Source: Selaginella moellendorffii (taxonomy: Eukaryota > Plantae > Lycopodiophyta). Taken from it: a stretch of 64,000 nucleotides of DNA. The notes beneath the pieces were generated by a model, which was given only the letters and a program-made list of their open reading frames with translations, did not search any database and was not told the origin of the DNA. The stretch's first letter is position 1; the number at the start of each line of letters is the position of its first letter. The stretch spans positions 248,899-312,898 of the forward strand of contig NW_003314276.1 in assembly GCF_000143415.4 (NCBI RefSeq), in the 5' to 3' direction. This document shows, piece by piece, positions 62,100 through 64,000 of the stretch. A program made the translations under genes and the position numbers.

Positions 62100-64000
62100 A
62101 CAAGATTTTGAGGGAAGGCTTGCTCCATAGAAAGAAATATCTGTCTAATGTATCCCTTGATTTCTTTCCTTAGGACTTCTTGTCAAAGAAAGCACTCAAA
62201 TATATGAGGGTTTCTTTAGCATAAAGATGAATATTTCCTAAGGGATATGTACTTTCCCTCTATCCTAAATGAATAAATCCTGTTTGAGCTTATCAGGAAA
62301 GGCTACTCCTATCCAATTCCACTGATTTAGCTCTTTGGGGAGATGGAAAAGCTTGGAAATAAGATCCTAAGTGATCTTAATATCCCCTCCATCCATTTTG
62401 AAAGCTAGTTTTTCAGAATCTCATAATTGAAGAACTAATCTACCTTTCTGTGGTTCTAAAAAGTTTGATGTCACTTTGTAGAATTTTTGTAGATTTTTAT
62501 CCTTCATCTAGTTGGCCATCCTATTTGTGCACTTAGGTAGCTTATCACGAATCCCTGTGCAATGCAAGGCTCTGTTATTCAAGATCTTCAATCAAATGTA
62601 TATGCCCGAAAACTAGCTATGGAAACTATTACTATGCCACCAATTGCTAAAGGTCATCTCCGATAGACTAGAACACACAAGGCAGAATTGGGGAAAAGAT
62701 GAAAGGTGGCTCTTTACTGATTGTGCCTTTAAAATGCCAAGTCTAATACATTCTCAGGGAAACTATTCAGGTTATGGAAAGAATTCAAAGGGAAGATGAA
62801 AAGAAAAACCAGCAAACAGCTACAAGTTGGACCAACAACCAATATTTCTCAACAAACTATTCCAATATAAGAGGAAATGCTTGGGAGAAATAGGAGACAG
62901 AGGAATAGACAAGGTATGTCGGGACATATATAGTGCTGAGATGAGAACATTTGCAGAGGCTGATTCGATGCTGAAAGTGGGGGAAACAAAAAGAAACAGA
63001 GACATGCTAAAAAGCTTATTATGGCTTGGAAATCTCGATGCACTAGTTAAAAAAAATTGAAACGAATTTTGATGATGCATGAAAGTATTGCAATTGGAGT
63101 ATTAGGGAAGTCAGAGAAATAACACCAATATGGTGGACAGCCAATAGAAAGGTGATATATACGGCAACTCAAGATCAGGCCAAATGCATTGCGTTTGATG
63201 TTGGTGTGGCCAGTTGACTACTACCATACAAAGTGCCTAAGGAAAGTATAAGACCAGACATGTCAAAAGTAGCTGATACAGTTAATAAGGATGGATAAGA
63301 AAATAACATCGATGGATCTAACAATAATGGAAGGTTTTGTAGCCAAGCTGTATTGGTTTAGGCAACAAAAATTAAGTGAGTTGGTCTGGGATCCAATGGA
63401 ATGGAACTGGTAGGGAAAAAAGAAGGAAGAATTCTTTGTGTATGAGACAAAGTTGGGAAGAAGACTCATTCAGCTAAGCAGTGACTCGCTACTAATAACA
63501 AGAATGAAACGAGCTAACATACAAGACATGATACAGCAAGTTACATTAAAAGGGTTGTGAAAAGGAAGATGGGGACCGAAAACAAGATACTTTATGTGGT
63601 TGCTTATGCAAGATTGGCTACCATCTAAACGAAATGTACATCTTCCAGACCAATCTTGTGATAAATGTGGGGCAAGGGAGACACAAAGGCACATACTTTG
63701 GGAATGTGAAAGTGCACAAGATATGTGGAGAAGCATATATTAGTTGTTGCAACAGCATTCCTAAAGACAAGTGTGCCTCACATATGAAGCGGTAGTGTGG
63801 GGTCAAGCTGTTGTAGGAATGCGAAATGAAACAGACTCTTGGAAATAGTCTTTGACACAGGAAGGGGTGCCATGGTTTGACCAACTCAACACAACAAGAA
63901 CAGATACAGAAGGTGTACCCTTAGAGGTAGTGAACCTACTATGAGGAATTACGTTGTGGGAAGTGTGGAAAGCCAGGTGCAACAGAATTTTTAATGACAA
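62100..64000. pseudogene. Degenerate L1-like LINE ORF2 remnants
   Basis: Plus strand ~63580-63730 reads RYFMWLLMQDWLPSKRNVHLPDQSCDKCGARETQRHILWECESAQDMW, a zf-RVT-like motif. Many stops. Boundaries are approximate. Confidence 0.6.

Overview
Eukaryotic nuclear DNA from a plant with flagellated sperm. The ~45-60 bp introns, Arabidopsis-type TTTAGGG repeats and tRNA-Met-primed LTR elements suggest a Selaginella-like lycophyte (inference). Positions 1-28 kb are a nest of non-coding LTR retroelements: three LTR families (labelled A, B, C here), a very young LARD-like element and a Cassandra-type TRIM with 5S-rRNA-like LTRs. The main finding is a 12.3-kb DNA transposon (28042-40350) with 24-bp TIRs, an ATAT target duplication and a Sola1/DUF7869-like DDD transposase. 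It carries a divergently transcribed multi-exon cargo gene: ParB/Srx-like domain, degenerate beta-class DNA methyltransferase-like fold, acidic tract and FCP1-type HAD phosphatase. It also holds about 22 copies of a 22-bp palindrome (ATGGCRTG-WGGCCW-CAYGCCAT) in introns, intergenic DNA and coding exons, and I saw none outside the TIRs. This is a candidate self-recognition or anti-silencing system (ParB/parS-like or VANC-like); both genes in this copy have disabling lesions. Positions 46-56.5 kb hold three tightly linked ciliary genes (RSP10/RSPH1-like, WDR35/IFT121, CCDC39). The rest is TE debris, including a 283-bp foldback made of two inverted LTR ends. All domain calls are by-eye motif recognition and need profile or structure searches.
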